The position numbers and the translations under genes are program-made. The notes under the pieces were generated by a model, which did no database searches, was not told the origin of the DNA, and worked only from the letters and a program-made list of their open reading frames with translations. From NCBI GenBank assembly GCA_945889235.1, contig CAMDBK010000001.1, positions 5,485 through 69,484 on the forward strand: 64,000 nt of DNA, in the 5' to 3' direction. Shown here piece by piece: positions 9,166 to 19,070 of the stretch (position 1 is its first letter; each line of letters opens with the position of its first letter). Origin of the DNA: Chitinophaga pinensis (GTDB taxonomy: Bacteria; Bacteroidota; Bacteroidia; SXHM01).

Positions 9166-10641
9166 ATGAAAAAAATAATAAATAAAAAAACTCTTTCTCT
9201 GGGCAATTCTAAATGGGCTTACGCGCCTTCACCTGAAAGCACTTCGCATATCAATCTGAAGAAGCAATACGAACTTTTTATTGATGGCAAGTTTGTAAAG
9301 CCTTCATCCGGAAAATATTTTGACACTATCAATCCGGCTACTGAAGAAAAGCTTTCTTCCATTGCTGATGCGGATGAAAAAGATGTGGACAAAGCAGTGA
9401 AAGCAGCGCGCAAAGCGTACGATAAGACATGGAGCAAGCTGCCGGCAAAAGAACGCGGAAAATATATTTACCGCATTGCGCGTTTGTTGCAGGAGCGTGC
9501 TCGTGAGTTCAGTGTTATAGAAACAATGGATGGCGGAAAATCCATTCGCGAATCACGTGACATTGATATTCCGCTGGCAGCAAATCATTTCTTTTATTAT
9601 GCAGGTTGGGCTGATAAATTAGAATACGCTTTTCCGAATCGTAAGCCGCAAGCACTGGGTGTTGCAGGACAAATTATTCCCTGGAATTTTCCATTGCTGA
9701 TGGCAGCGTGGAAAATTGCCCCAGCTTTGGCAACGGGCAATACCGTTGTTTTAAAGCCCGCGGAAACCACCTCGCTCACTGCTTTAAAACTTGCCGAACT
9801 TATTGCCGATAGCGGTTTGCCCGATGGCGTGGTGAACATTGTTACAGGCGCTGGGCGCACCGGAGCAGCAATTGTGAATCATCCCGATATCGATAAAATT
9901 GCGTTCACAGGTTCTACCGATGTGGGTAAACTAATTCAGAAAGCAATTGCCGGAACCAGGAAAAAAGCAACGCTGGAGTTGGGCGGCAAAGCCGCCAACA
10001 TTATTTTTGAAGATGCTCCGATTGACCAGGCGGTGGAGGGAATTGTGAACGGAATATTTTTTAATCAGGGGCATGTGTGTTGTGCCGGTTCGCGCCTGTT
10101 TGTGCAGGAAGGCGTTGCTGATGTGGTTATCCGCAAACTGAAAGACAGATTGGAAACGTTGATTGTTGGCAACCCACTTGATAAGAACACCGATATAGGT
10201 GCTATTAATTCAAAACAACAACTTGCCACCATCAACAAATACATTGAGATTGGTAAAAACGAAGGCGCTGATTTTTACCAGAGCAAGTGCAGCGTTCCGA
10301 GTAAAGGATATTTCTGCAGACCAACATTATTTTTGAATGCATCACAAAGTCACCGTGTGGTGCAGGAAGAAATTTTTGGTCCGGTTTTAACTGTGCAGAC
10401 TTTCAGAACTGTTGAAGAAGTAATTGAAAAAGCCAACAATATTCCTTATGGTTTGTCGGCTGGCGTGTGGACGGATAAGGGTTCTAAAATTTTTAACATG
10501 ACCAATAAATTGCGTGCAGGGGTTATTTGGGCAAACACTTATAATAAGTTTGACCCTACATCACCTTTCGGGGGATATAAAGAAAGCGGGTTTGGTCGCG
10601 AGGGCGGGTTGCATGGGTTAATGCCCTATCTTAAATTTTAA
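9166..10641 (+). CDS. NAD(P)-dependent aldehyde dehydrogenase
   Basis: ELGGKAANIIFEDA and FFNQGHVCCAGSRLFV (catalytic Cys) motifs. Start moved to the ATG at 9166 (MKKIINKK) after the hairpin. Confidence 0.85.
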   Translation: MKKIINKKTLSLGNSKWAYAPSPESTSHINLKKQYELFIDGKFVKPSSGKYFDTINPATEEKLSSIADADEKDVDKAVKAARKAYDKTWSKLPAKERGKYIYRIARLLQERAREFSVIETMDGGKSIRESRDIDIPLAANHFFYYAGWADKLEYAFPNRKPQALGVAGQIIPWNFPLLMAAWKIAPALATGNTVVLKPAETTSLTALKLAELIADSGLPDGVVNIVTGAGRTGAAIVNHPDIDKIAFTGSTDVGKLIQKAIAGTRKKATLELGGKAANIIFEDAPIDQAVEGIVNGIFFNQGHVCCAGSRLFVQEGVADVVIRKLKDRLETLIVGNPLDKNTDIGAINSKQQLATINKYIEIGKNEGADFYQSKCSVPSKGYFCRPTLFLNASQSHRVVQEEIFGPVLTVQTFRTVEEVIEKANNIPYGLSAGVWTDKGSKIFNMTNKLRAGVIWANTYNKFDPTSPFGGYKESGFGREGGLHGLMPYLKF

Positions 10642-10655
10642 AAACATTACTTGCT

Positions 10656-12020
10656 TTACGCCCCAATATAACTTCCCCCGCAAACGCGCAGCGTTTGTCC
10701 GTTGATACCTGCCGCTCCCGGTGAGGAAAGAAAGGTAATCATATCTGCTACATCTTCGGCTAAGCCACCTTGGTTTAGATTGCTTAGTCTGCGTCCGCCC
10801 ATTTTAGTGAAGAGAGGCATTTTGGCTGTCATTTTGGTTTCAATAAAACCGGGAGCAACAGCATTTGCTGTTATGTTATTTGCAGCAAGTTCTTCTGCTA
10901 ATGCTTTTACATAACCAATGATTCCTGCTTTGGTAGCCGCATAATTTGTCTGCCCGAAATTTCCTGAAAATCCGGAGATGGAAGAAAGACAAACAATGCG
11001 TCCGTTGTTACGGATGGTACCAGATTTCAGCAATAAATTATTTGTTCTGATAAGCGCTTGAAGATTTACATTCAAAACCATGTCCCAGTATTTCTCATCC
11101 ATTTTTGCAATGGTTTTATCGCGGGTAATTCCGGCATTGTGAATGAGAATGTCAACACCGTTGAATTCTTTTTTCAGGTAATCATTAATGAGTTGTGCAG
11201 ACTCTTCTTTGCTCATATCAGCAGCAAGAAATTTTCCGTTGATGGAGTCGGCAACTTTTTTTCCTGCTTCTGAATCTTCGGGTCTGTCTAATACAATTAC
11301 GGTTGCTCCTTCGGCAGCCAATTTACGGGCAGTGGCTTCGCCAATACCGCGCGCAGCGCCTGTTACCAAAGCAATTTTTCCTGCCAAAGAATTTTCCAGC
11401 GGAACAATTTGCGGAATAGTTCCGCTTGAATTAATTCTGAAAACCTGTGCCGTTACAAATGCAGATGCTTCTGAAAAAAGAAAATGCAAAACAGGGAACA
11501 ATTGTTTTTCTGTTACGTTTTTATTTTCAATCCGAACCAGATTTACCGTTGCTCCTTTTCTGCCAATCTCTTTTGCAACCGAGCGTGAGAAACCGTCTAT
11601 CGCTTGTTGTGCAGCCTCACTCTCTGCCCCCCTCTCCCTTGGAGAGGGGCTGGGTGTGAGGCTTATTATTACGATACGAGCATTATTTGCCAGCTTTCCC
11701 GCATTCGCATGAAAAAAATCATACAGTGATTTCAGTTGTGCAACAGTTTCAATTCCTGTGGCATCAAACAACAACACATCTGCTCTGTCTTCGGCAGGAA
11801 GAGAATTTATTATAGCGTGTCCGCCCAACTCATCATAGATATTGCTGAGAACAGAAGCATTGATTGCGCCCGTTGCAGTAACAACTTTTTTACCGGCAAG
11901 AATTTGTTTTTTCCAACTTCCTTTCAGTCGTTTCAGTCGCGGAGGAACTGTAATTCCAAGTACATTGAAAACTGATTTCCATCCCGGTTTGTGCCCGTAT
12001 TCCAATATAAAGTCTGCCAT
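10656..12020 (-). CDS. Two-domain SDR oxidoreductase (high-molecular-weight FabG4-like 3-oxoacyl-ACP reductase architecture)
   Basis: C-terminal SDR domain with KIALVTGAARGIGEA (Rossmann), NAG and Y..TK catalytic motifs. ~200-aa N-terminal extra domain. 454 aa as in HMW FabG. Confidence 0.6.
   Translation of the reverse strand: MADFILEYGHKPGWKSVFNVLGITVPPRLKRLKGSWKKQILAGKKVVTATGAINASVLSNIYDELGGHAIINSLPAEDRADVLLFDATGIETVAQLKSLYDFFHANAGKLANNARIVIISLTPSPSPRERGAESEAAQQAIDGFSRSVAKEIGRKGATVNLVRIENKNVTEKQLFPVLHFLFSEASAFVTAQVFRINSSGTIPQIVPLENSLAGKIALVTGAARGIGEATARKLAAEGATVIVLDRPEDSEAGKKVADSINGKFLAADMSKEESAQLINDYLKKEFNGVDILIHNAGITRDKTIAKMDEKYWDMVLNVNLQALIRTNNLLLKSGTIRNNGRIVCLSSISGFSGNFGQTNYAATKAGIIGYVKALAEELAANNITANAVAPGFIETKMTAKMPLFTKMGGRRLSNLNQGGLAEDVADMITFLSSPGAAGINGQTLRVCGGSYIGA
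11615..11662. repeat. 48-bp GC-rich nested hairpin inserted in frame in the SDR interdomain linker
   Basis: GCCTCAC..CCCCTCTCC-CTT-GGAGAGGGG..GTGAGGC (7-bp outer stem plus 9-bp inner stem). Encodes LTPSPSPRERGAESEA. Local GC is far above the gene background. Confidence 0.5.
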
Positions 12021-12129
12021 GATTTATTTTTTTGTGTTGCCAAAAATAGACATTCGTTGCAGATTTGCGATTTGTTGCCGGGTGAAAGCATCACGAATAA
12101 ATACTTATGGTTTTTTTTACTTTTGATGC

Positions 12130-13215
12130 ATGAAAAATTCTATTGTCATATCACTGCTTTCATCACTCATTATTTTTTCCTGTTCTTCCCCGAAATCTTC
12201 AGAGAACAAGGAAACTCCCGGTGAAAATAAAGTTGCAGAAACGTTTGAACTGAAGCCTCACTTTGGTGAAACCGAATCAAATTATTATGTAGCAGATTCA
12301 ATTGCAGGTCATATTCATCAGCCTAATACTATAAAGGAATTCAAGTGGCCCGAGCATCCGTTGGGAAAGCTGGTGATTAAAACAAATAACTTAGGATTTA
12401 AGGAAGACAGCGATACAAAAATTGAAAAAAATTCAAATACATTTCGTGTAATTGTTACCGGTGATTCACATATTGATGGTGTGGTTTACAATTCAGAATC
12501 ATTTCCGAATCAACTGGAAGAAATGATTAATTTAAAAGTTTCCGGTAATGATGTTGCGTGGGAAATTATCAATGCAGGAGCGGGTTATTATGGACCACAG
12601 AATTATTTTGGAGTATTGAAACGATTTGAATCTTTGAAGCCCGATTTGTTTATTGTTACAATTTATATAGGCAATGATTTTTTAGATGCAGTAAGAATTG
12701 AGAATGAAAATAACCGGCTGACTGTTCCCGAACGGAAAGACGATTATTATTATGATTTATGGGCGGTAGATGAAAAGCATCCCGGATTTACCGGACAACT
12801 GATGAATCAGGTAAAGTTTTTTAAAAAATTTCCTGAATTTAAAACTACGGCAATTTCAATAACTCAAAAACAGTTAACCCTTATAAAAGAACAGTGCGAT
12901 AAAAATAAAATCGGACTTTACATTTTGCTTTTGCCTACAAAGGTTGATGTTGAGCCTGCAACAGACGAAGCAAGCATTAAAGATGTTCAGAGTATGCTCA
13001 AATTTTCTAATGATGATTTGAAAATAAACAGGGAACTGACAGAAAAACTGATAGAATGGTTAAAAACAAATAACCTTAACTATGTTGACCTGTACGATAA
13101 TTGGAAAGAGAAAAAAGGAACTGAAGAATTATTCTGGAAAGCAGATTATCATTTGAATGATAAGGGTCACAAGAGTATTGCTGAAATTATGCAACCCATA
13201 ATTTCTCAACACTGA
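12130..13215 (+). CDS. SGNH/GDSL-family hydrolase lipoprotein
   Basis: Lipobox LIIFSCSS. Block I VTGDSH, block III YIGNDF, block V DYHLNDKGH. Confidence 0.55.
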   Translation: MKNSIVISLLSSLIIFSCSSPKSSENKETPGENKVAETFELKPHFGETESNYYVADSIAGHIHQPNTIKEFKWPEHPLGKLVIKTNNLGFKEDSDTKIEKNSNTFRVIVTGDSHIDGVVYNSESFPNQLEEMINLKVSGNDVAWEIINAGAGYYGPQNYFGVLKRFESLKPDLFIVTIYIGNDFLDAVRIENENNRLTVPERKDDYYYDLWAVDEKHPGFTGQLMNQVKFFKKFPEFKTTAISITQKQLTLIKEQCDKNKIGLYILLLPTKVDVEPATDEASIKDVQSMLKFSNDDLKINRELTEKLIEWLKTNNLNYVDLYDNWKEKKGTEELFWKADYHLNDKGHKSIAEIMQPIISQH

Positions 13216-13340
13216 GCAAACTTTTTCTGTATTCAGGTGTTATCATTTCATTAATTTTGACTTTGCTCTCACAGAGTTCTATCTTTGAACCCGTAAACTT
13301 TTAAACCTTTAAACTTTCTAAACCTTATAAACTAAAAAAC

Positions 13341-13943
13341 ATGGCATTTGAATTACCAAAACTCCCTTATGAATACACTGCACTTGAACCGCATATTGAT
13401 GCACGCACTATGGAAATCCATCACAGCAAGCATCACAACGCGTACGTAACTAATCTGAATAAAGCGATTGAAGGAACACCGCTTGCATCGCAATCACTGG
13501 AAGAAATTCTGAAAGGAATTTCTAAAGCTAGCGCTGCTGTTCGCAACAATGGGGGAGGACACTTTAATCACAGCCTTTTCTGGAAAGTGATGAAACCCGG
13601 AGGCGGTGGATTGCCTTCCGGTGATCTGGCTGCTGCCATTAACCGCGACTTCGGTTCGTTTGATACATTTAAAGAACAGTTTAACAATGCAGGAGCAACA
13701 CGTTTCGGTTCAGGCTGGGCATGGCTGATTGTTCATGACGGGAAATTAGTTGTTTCCTCTTCACCTAATCAGGATAATCCGTTGATGGATATTGCTGAAG
13801 TAAAAGGTACTCCTATTCTTGGCCTTGATGTTTGGGAACATGCCTATTACCTCAACTACCAAAACCGCAGACCTGATTACATTGCCGCTTTCTGGAATGT
13901 AATTAACTGGGATGAAGTAGCTGCGAATTTGAAAAAGGCGTAA
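13341..13943 (+). CDS. sod: Fe/Mn superoxide dismutase
   Basis: [25 protein letters not shown] and DVWEHAYY motifs. 200 aa. Confidence 0.9.
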   Translation: MAFELPKLPYEYTALEPHIDARTMEIHHSKHHNAYVTNLNKAIEGTPLASQSLEEILKGISKASAAVRNNGGGHFNHSLFWKVMKPGGGGLPSGDLAAAINRDFGSFDTFKEQFNNAGATRFGSGWAWLIVHDGKLVVSSSPNQDNPLMDIAEVKGTPILGLDVWEHAYYLNYQNRRPDYIAAFWNVINWDEVAANLKKA

Positions 13944-13949
13944 GGAAGC

Positions 13950-14021
13950 GTCATTGCGAGGGTTTTTCACCCGAAGCAATCTCACCTCATAAGGAGATTG
14001 CTTCGCTACGCTCGCAATGAC
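13950..14021. repeat. Nested palindromic intergenic element, type B (copy 2)
   Basis: Outer GTCATTGCGAG/CTCGCAATGAC, inner CGAAGCAATCTC/GAGATTGCTTCG. Lies between the convergent stops of sod and the 14030 gene. Confidence 0.7.
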
Positions 14022-14029
14022 GTTGCTCA

Positions 14030-15886
14030 TTATTTTAGTTTTATTTCTTCCCACTCCACGCTGAACTGCGGCTTATAAACATAGGAATGGTCGGTGTAAA
14101 TAAATTTTATTGCTTTTACTTTTTCGCCTTTCAGACTGTCGTTATAATATTCTAAATAGGGTGCAACCCAAATTCCGCTTTCACTGTTTTGCACTACTAA
14201 TCGGTGTTTCTTTATACTGTCATTTTCTAACTGATACAGCATATAATACTCAGGCTCTTTGTATAAAGCGTGTTTGAGTTTACCGGCCAACGTTTTGTCA
14301 ACAGTAAATTTCATGCGCAATGCTGTTGCTTCTTTTAATTCGGGAAGAGGAGTCCATTCATTCCAGATGACAGTGTTTGTATGATTGAATTTTTCAACCG
14401 TTAGTTTTTCTTTTGCAGTGCGTTTCAGAATTCTTATTTTTTCGTCTTCATATACCTGAGCATAGTTATTCATAATTGCAAAATTCACTTGCCCGTCATC
14501 ACTCAGAATGTAGCGCTGGTCAATGCTGGTCATCTCACTCCAGATATTAAGTTTAGTCCAGATGTAATACTGTGGCGCATTTTCTGAACTCAGAAAATCT
14601 GCATTTACTTTATCAAGTATTGCTGTATTCACACAGCCAAGCTGAAACAAAGGGCGGTTCTTATAATTCAGGTTATTGACAGCAACATAACTTACTTCCC
14701 ATGGAAAAATATCAACAGTATTGTTTGAGAGAATTTTTTTCGCGCTGTCTGCCAGTATAACTGTCTCCAGATTTTTTTCAGAAAGGCGATTGTAAAAATC
14801 CGCTTCACTTCCATTCAGTATGTTTAATGAATTTTTGAAATTGGTAAATTCTCCATATTCCATTTTTACCTCAATATAAAAATGTTCAATTTGAACCATA
14901 TTTTTATAATAGAGATACGGCATGGCGGCTAATGCCGCCAGTTGCAAGAGTTTTACTTTTTCCTGTGCAAAAAATAAAACAGCGGTAAACAAAATCAGAA
15001 AATTGAAAAATGTTTTTGCGTGATAATTTTCTTCACGTGCAATGGAGTAGCGAAACACCGCCCACAATGACAATGCAAAAATTACATAAACTGTATTTAC
15101 ATTTTCAGTCCGGAATATCAACCAATAACCTGCAATAAAACTCACCAGCAACAGCAAGAGAGTTTTATCGTTAGTGGCATTTACTGAAGTTGCACCAAGG
15201 TTTCCGTTGCTGATAAAAAACCAATTGCGGAGGTGTAACAAGCTGCCATCTAAATTGTGATTGATAACAAGCCACAACAAAAAATAGACGCTGAAACCAA
15301 TTCCCAACGTAAGTAAAAGATTGTTAAACTTTTTGTTTCGGACAAAATCAAGAATAAGGTATGAAGCTGCCATCATTACCGATGCAGCAGCAATATTTAT
15401 TTTTACAAAAAACGAAAGTGCGGTAACAACAATTGCAATAGTGAGAAAATAATTTTTGCGCGCGGTAGAGTGCAGCAGCAGCGCAATGGCAACACAGCCC
15501 ATCATTTTTTCGTCAATGCGCAGGTTGGCGCTGAGCAACAAAGCAGCAATAAAAAACAACCACAAGCCTTTTTGCTTAATACTTTTTGTTGCCTGAAAAA
15601 TAAGCCATACAAAAAGCAATTGAAAAATAAACGTGAACAAAAAAGCGATAAGAAAATTATTTCCAATCAATAAAGGAAAGCGGATAAAACCCAGCGGACC
15701 ATAACTGAAGATGACATCGCTGCCATGAGAAATTCCCTGATTGAAAAAATAATTGAAAGCAAAAACATAACTTTGGTCTAAGCCTGTTCCCATTACCGGT
15801 TCAAATGCAGGGAAGGTATAAACAGCCAGAAATAAAATGAGCAGTATCGGAAGAAACGGAATTCCCTTTAGTTCTATTTTATTCAA
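14030..15886 (-). CDS. Polytopic membrane protein, GT-C-like glycosyltransferase candidate (hypothetical)
   Basis: 618 aa. ~10 hydrophobic helices in the N-terminal 330 aa, then a soluble C-terminal domain. Overlaps the stop of the upstream T9SS cargo gene. Confidence 0.35.
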   Translation of the reverse strand: MNKIELKGIPFLPILLILFLAVYTFPAFEPVMGTGLDQSYVFAFNYFFNQGISHGSDVIFSYGPLGFIRFPLLIGNNFLIAFLFTFIFQLLFVWLIFQATKSIKQKGLWLFFIAALLLSANLRIDEKMMGCVAIALLLHSTARKNYFLTIAIVVTALSFFVKINIAAASVMMAASYLILDFVRNKKFNNLLLTLGIGFSVYFLLWLVINHNLDGSLLHLRNWFFISNGNLGATSVNATNDKTLLLLLVSFIAGYWLIFRTENVNTVYVIFALSLWAVFRYSIAREENYHAKTFFNFLILFTAVLFFAQEKVKLLQLAALAAMPYLYYKNMVQIEHFYIEVKMEYGEFTNFKNSLNILNGSEADFYNRLSEKNLETVILADSAKKILSNNTVDIFPWEVSYVAVNNLNYKNRPLFQLGCVNTAILDKVNADFLSSENAPQYYIWTKLNIWSEMTSIDQRYILSDDGQVNFAIMNNYAQVYEDEKIRILKRTAKEKLTVEKFNHTNTVIWNEWTPLPELKEATALRMKFTVDKTLAGKLKHALYKEPEYYMLYQLENDSIKKHRLVVQNSESGIWVAPYLEYYNDSLKGEKVKAIKFIYTDHSYVYKPQFSVEWEEIKLK

Positions 15887-17522
15887 CTATCAGTTTTTTA
15901 GTGGAAACAAAATCTTTTGTTTTTATTTTAATGAAATAGATTCCTTTTTTTTCGGGTAAAATAATTTTATAATTCTGTTTGCCTTTTGAAACGGAAGGAT
16001 AGAAAAATTCCTCTTCTGTTTTACCCGATTCGTTGATTACAAAAACAGAAACATCCGTCTTTGCTGCAACATTAAATGACAGATTAACACTTCCTGACGC
16101 GGGATTGGGAAACAAACTCAGTTGCAGTGTTTCATTTTGGTTGAACGAAATTGGTTTTTCGCCCAACGCATTTCCTTTAATAATATTTACTTTATAAATG
16201 GTGGGCGAGGCAAAACTATTCTGGTCAGGATTAAAACTCATGGCATAGGCAAAACTGCTGTTTACACCGCCAACAATATATCCTGCAAATGAAATGTCTG
16301 CGGTTACTTTATTAAGGTCAATGATTTCGTGTTCCAGTAAATCCAGATTTTCATTCACAATAAATTCAGATCCCGAACCCAGAAAACCGGGAAGTTCATT
16401 CCCCAGTTTTACCTCTTCCATAGTGCCATCACTTTTTCGTGTAACACGTGCTACTGTTTTTACAAAAGGGAAACTGGGGTCTTCAACAATAGCTCCGGTT
16501 GAATCAACAATATATTGCGCCACACCTCCGAAAAATACAGTGTGCATGGCGTTTGCAACCGAATCATAAACCGGAATATTTGCACAGTGATAATGATTTA
16601 ATTTCTGCTGAAAAGTATTTACAACCGTAAATCCTGCGGTATCAATATCAATCGGTTCAAGATAAGGAACACCAACAAATTCAACCGGAAAAACTCCGCT
16701 GAATGCGGTAAGCCCAACGTTTCGGTTGGGGAATATTTGTTTCACAAGGTTGTAATCTCTTCTTCGCATGGCAGCGGAATCAACCCATTCAGCAATGGGA
16801 GAAAAAGAAAGACTGTTCGCATCAACGTTAATATCAAATTTTTTAATGGCGTATGTATATCGTTGCCAGTAAACGGTATCTCCACTAATTACGGGGATTG
16901 GCGCTACTTCTCCATCGAACAGGTGACCGAAAACAAGGTAGAAATGTGTGTCAATAAAATTCAATCTGCCTCCGGTAACTTTAAAATAATCAGAACGGAT
17001 TGTTTTGAACCAGGGCGAAATATCATCACCGTTTATTACAGCCTGTATCAGGCTATCCACGCTGACAGCAGTAAGGTATGGAAACGTAATTTTCATGTTT
17101 GCAGCAGTTGAAAACCCATAACCACCGGAGATAAAAAGGGTTCCGTTGTTTGTTGTAAAATTTGAATTGGTTGAACTCAGCTGGTCGCGCACACTATCCG
17201 GAAGTACCGACAGTCCGGATTTCCAAACCTGTTGCGTGGCTGGCTCAACAACGTAAATACTATCGTTGCGCAAATTAGCCGGAAAAGCACCTGGTTGCGG
17301 AATATGTAATCCATCTCTGCGTCCCCCAATGATTAGCCACTTGCCATTGTGTTGCGAAAAATTAAATGAATGCAGCCCCGGAAAACCGGGAATAGTAACC
17401 GGTTCAAGTGAAACAGTAAAAGCAGTTGGCTGCTGGGCAAAACTATTGATGCACAAAAAGAGAAGAATAATTGTTACCCGTTCAGCTAAATTCCGGTCTT
17501 TTATAATTACGTTAATTTTCAT
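15879..17522 (-). CDS. Secreted Kelch-like beta-propeller protein with T9SS C-terminal sorting domain
   Basis: WLIIGGR and LFISGGYG Kelch-like motifs. C-terminus LSLFPNPASGSVNLSF...GIYFIKIKTKDFVSTKKLIVE. Confidence 0.45.
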   Translation of the reverse strand: MKINVIIKDRNLAERVTIILLFLCINSFAQQPTAFTVSLEPVTIPGFPGLHSFNFSQHNGKWLIIGGRRDGLHIPQPGAFPANLRNDSIYVVEPATQQVWKSGLSVLPDSVRDQLSSTNSNFTTNNGTLFISGGYGFSTAANMKITFPYLTAVSVDSLIQAVINGDDISPWFKTIRSDYFKVTGGRLNFIDTHFYLVFGHLFDGEVAPIPVISGDTVYWQRYTYAIKKFDINVDANSLSFSPIAEWVDSAAMRRRDYNLVKQIFPNRNVGLTAFSGVFPVEFVGVPYLEPIDIDTAGFTVVNTFQQKLNHYHCANIPVYDSVANAMHTVFFGGVAQYIVDSTGAIVEDPSFPFVKTVARVTRKSDGTMEEVKLGNELPGFLGSGSEFIVNENLDLLEHEIIDLNKVTADISFAGYIVGGVNSSFAYAMSFNPDQNSFASPTIYKVNIIKGNALGEKPISFNQNETLQLSLFPNPASGSVNLSFNVAAKTDVSVFVINESGKTEEEFFYPSVSKGKQNYKIILPEKKGIYFIKIKTKDFVSTKKLIVE

Positions 17523-17552
17523 TTGCTATGTTTGTCAAAGAAAATCAAAAAT

Positions 17553-18425
17553 ATGAAAAGAATACTACTACTCAGTTTTATCATCTGCGCAATCATCTCA
17601 TCTGCAAAATCACAGGATTACAACTTTGGATTTGAATCATGGATTGACCATGGAACTTATGAAGAGCCAGAGTTTTGGGGAACATTTAATCCTGTTCAGT
17701 TTATAGGTATTCAGGTAATAAAAGATACGGTTGATGTTTATCAGGGAAACTATTCATTAAAACTTTCGGCAGGACCAATTCCCGCTGCTGTAGCGGTTTT
17801 AGGAAGTATTAATGTCAACAGTGCTTTGATTGAACCCGGCAGACCTTACAACCAGCGCCCAACAAAATTGAAATGCTATTACAAAACAATTTTGATAAAT
17901 AATGATTCATCAGCTATTGCCGCTTTTTTAACAAAATACAACACGGTAACGCATCAACGCGATACGATTGCAGTAGCCGGAAAATTATTTCACAGCGATG
18001 TAACTTCATGGACTTTACTTGAAAATGATTTTGTGTATCGCTCTGCTGAAACGCCTGATACGATTGGAATAATATTATCATCAACCGCTAATCCTGATGG
18101 TTTGGGAAATGAAGGTTGCGAACTTTATATTGATGCGATGGAGTTGGTACTTCCGTCATCTTCTGGTGTTGAAGAACAAGCTACAAAAAACAGTATCAGT
18201 ATTTTTCCGAATCCGGTAAAGGATGAATTAAAAATTTCAAACACCGGAATTGCTGAAAAATTTTTTGTTCATTTTTATGACATTACAGGTAAGGAAATTT
18301 ACTCTTCCTCTTTTTCATCTTCTTCTGAAAGCATCGCTGTTAAAGAATTTGCTCCCGGAAAGTATTCGGTGAAAATTGATAATGGAGAAAAAATAAAATT
18401 CTTGGGCTCGTTTCTGAAAGAGTAG
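17553..18425 (+). CDS. Secreted protein with T9SS C-terminal sorting domain (hypothetical)
   Basis: Signal peptide MKRILLLSFIICAIISSAKSQ. C-terminus ISIFPNPVKDELKISN...GKYSVKIDNGEKIKFLGSFLKE. Confidence 0.5.
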   Translation: MKRILLLSFIICAIISSAKSQDYNFGFESWIDHGTYEEPEFWGTFNPVQFIGIQVIKDTVDVYQGNYSLKLSAGPIPAAVAVLGSINVNSALIEPGRPYNQRPTKLKCYYKTILINNDSSAIAAFLTKYNTVTHQRDTIAVAGKLFHSDVTSWTLLENDFVYRSAETPDTIGIILSSTANPDGLGNEGCELYIDAMELVLPSSSGVEEQATKNSISIFPNPVKDELKISNTGIAEKFFVHFYDITGKEIYSSSFSSSSESIAVKEFAPGKYSVKIDNGEKIKFLGSFLKE

Positions 18426-18428
18426 TTT

Positions 18429-18797
18429 TTAATTGGTGAAACTTCCCCATTTCACCACCATGATAAACTCATTTTCAATTGGTAAATATCCATAATCGTA
18501 GCAGAGTTTATAGGTGCTGCCTTTTAAAGTTGTGTGAGTATGCGTGTGGTATTTGAAATTAAATCCTTTGTCGGTTAATTTTGATTTGCTGATTTTTGCT
18601 TTGCCTTCGGGCGATACAATGCTGTCTAATATTCTGCGGTTCTTGCGAAGAATATTATTTACGTTTCGCATTTCGGCAGTGGTGTCGCTGTTGGCTTTGT
18701 TGTTGTAATTGCTGCGACACTGGTCGTCACAGAATTTTTTGTCGGCACGGCCTTTTAAAGGTTCGCCACATTCAAGACACTGTTTTTCTTCTTGCAT
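18429..18797 (-). CDS. Zinc-ribbon (CxxC..CxxC, DUF2116-like) small basic protein
   Basis: MQEEKQCLECGEPLKGRADKKFCDDQCRSNYNN. Start moved to the internal ATG so the CDS does not run through the upstream palindrome. Confidence 0.4.
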   Translation of the reverse strand: MQEEKQCLECGEPLKGRADKKFCDDQCRSNYNNKANSDTTAEMRNVNNILRKNRRILDSIVSPEGKAKISKSKLTDKGFNFKYHTHTHTTLKGSTYKLCYDYGYLPIENEFIMVVKWGSFTN

Positions 18798-18819
18798 GGT
18801 GTTGTTTTTTAATGGAAAG

Positions 18820-18925
18820 CGGATGACGGGGATGGCACACGGATGACACGGATTTAACTGATTGGCGCGGATTTTAAAATCTGTATTTATCCGCCCAATC
18901 CGTGTCATCCGTGTGCCATTCCTTC
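18820..18925. promoter_or_regulatory. ~100-bp near-perfect palindrome with 10-bp-phased GGATG repeats in the divergent region between the zinc-ribbon gene and ssb
   Basis: ATGGCACACGGATGACACGGATT (18832-18854) matches its reverse complement at 18897-18919 (23/23). Inner ATTGGCGCGGAT/ATCCGCCCAAT and a central GATTTTAAAATC palindrome. Confidence 0.5.
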
Positions 18926-19070
18926 CGCTAAAGTAAAAAAAAATCCCGATTACAAACGCTTATACTCGTTTATTTTCAGAAGTAAACGGATAAGAACCGA
19001 CTACGGCTTGGTGGTGGATGTTCCTTTGTGCCGACAATTAATTCATGTCTAACTAAAAAACAAAAACATC

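Noticed and set aside
11188-11712. 174-aa plus-strand ORF (and several others) antisense to the SDR gene. Similar shadow ORFs lie inside the giant adhesin (43037-45827) and the 399-aa gene (61149-62246).
   Set aside because: These are antisense or frame-shadow ORFs within GC-rich or Gly-codon-rich genes. They have no motifs and biased low-complexity translations.
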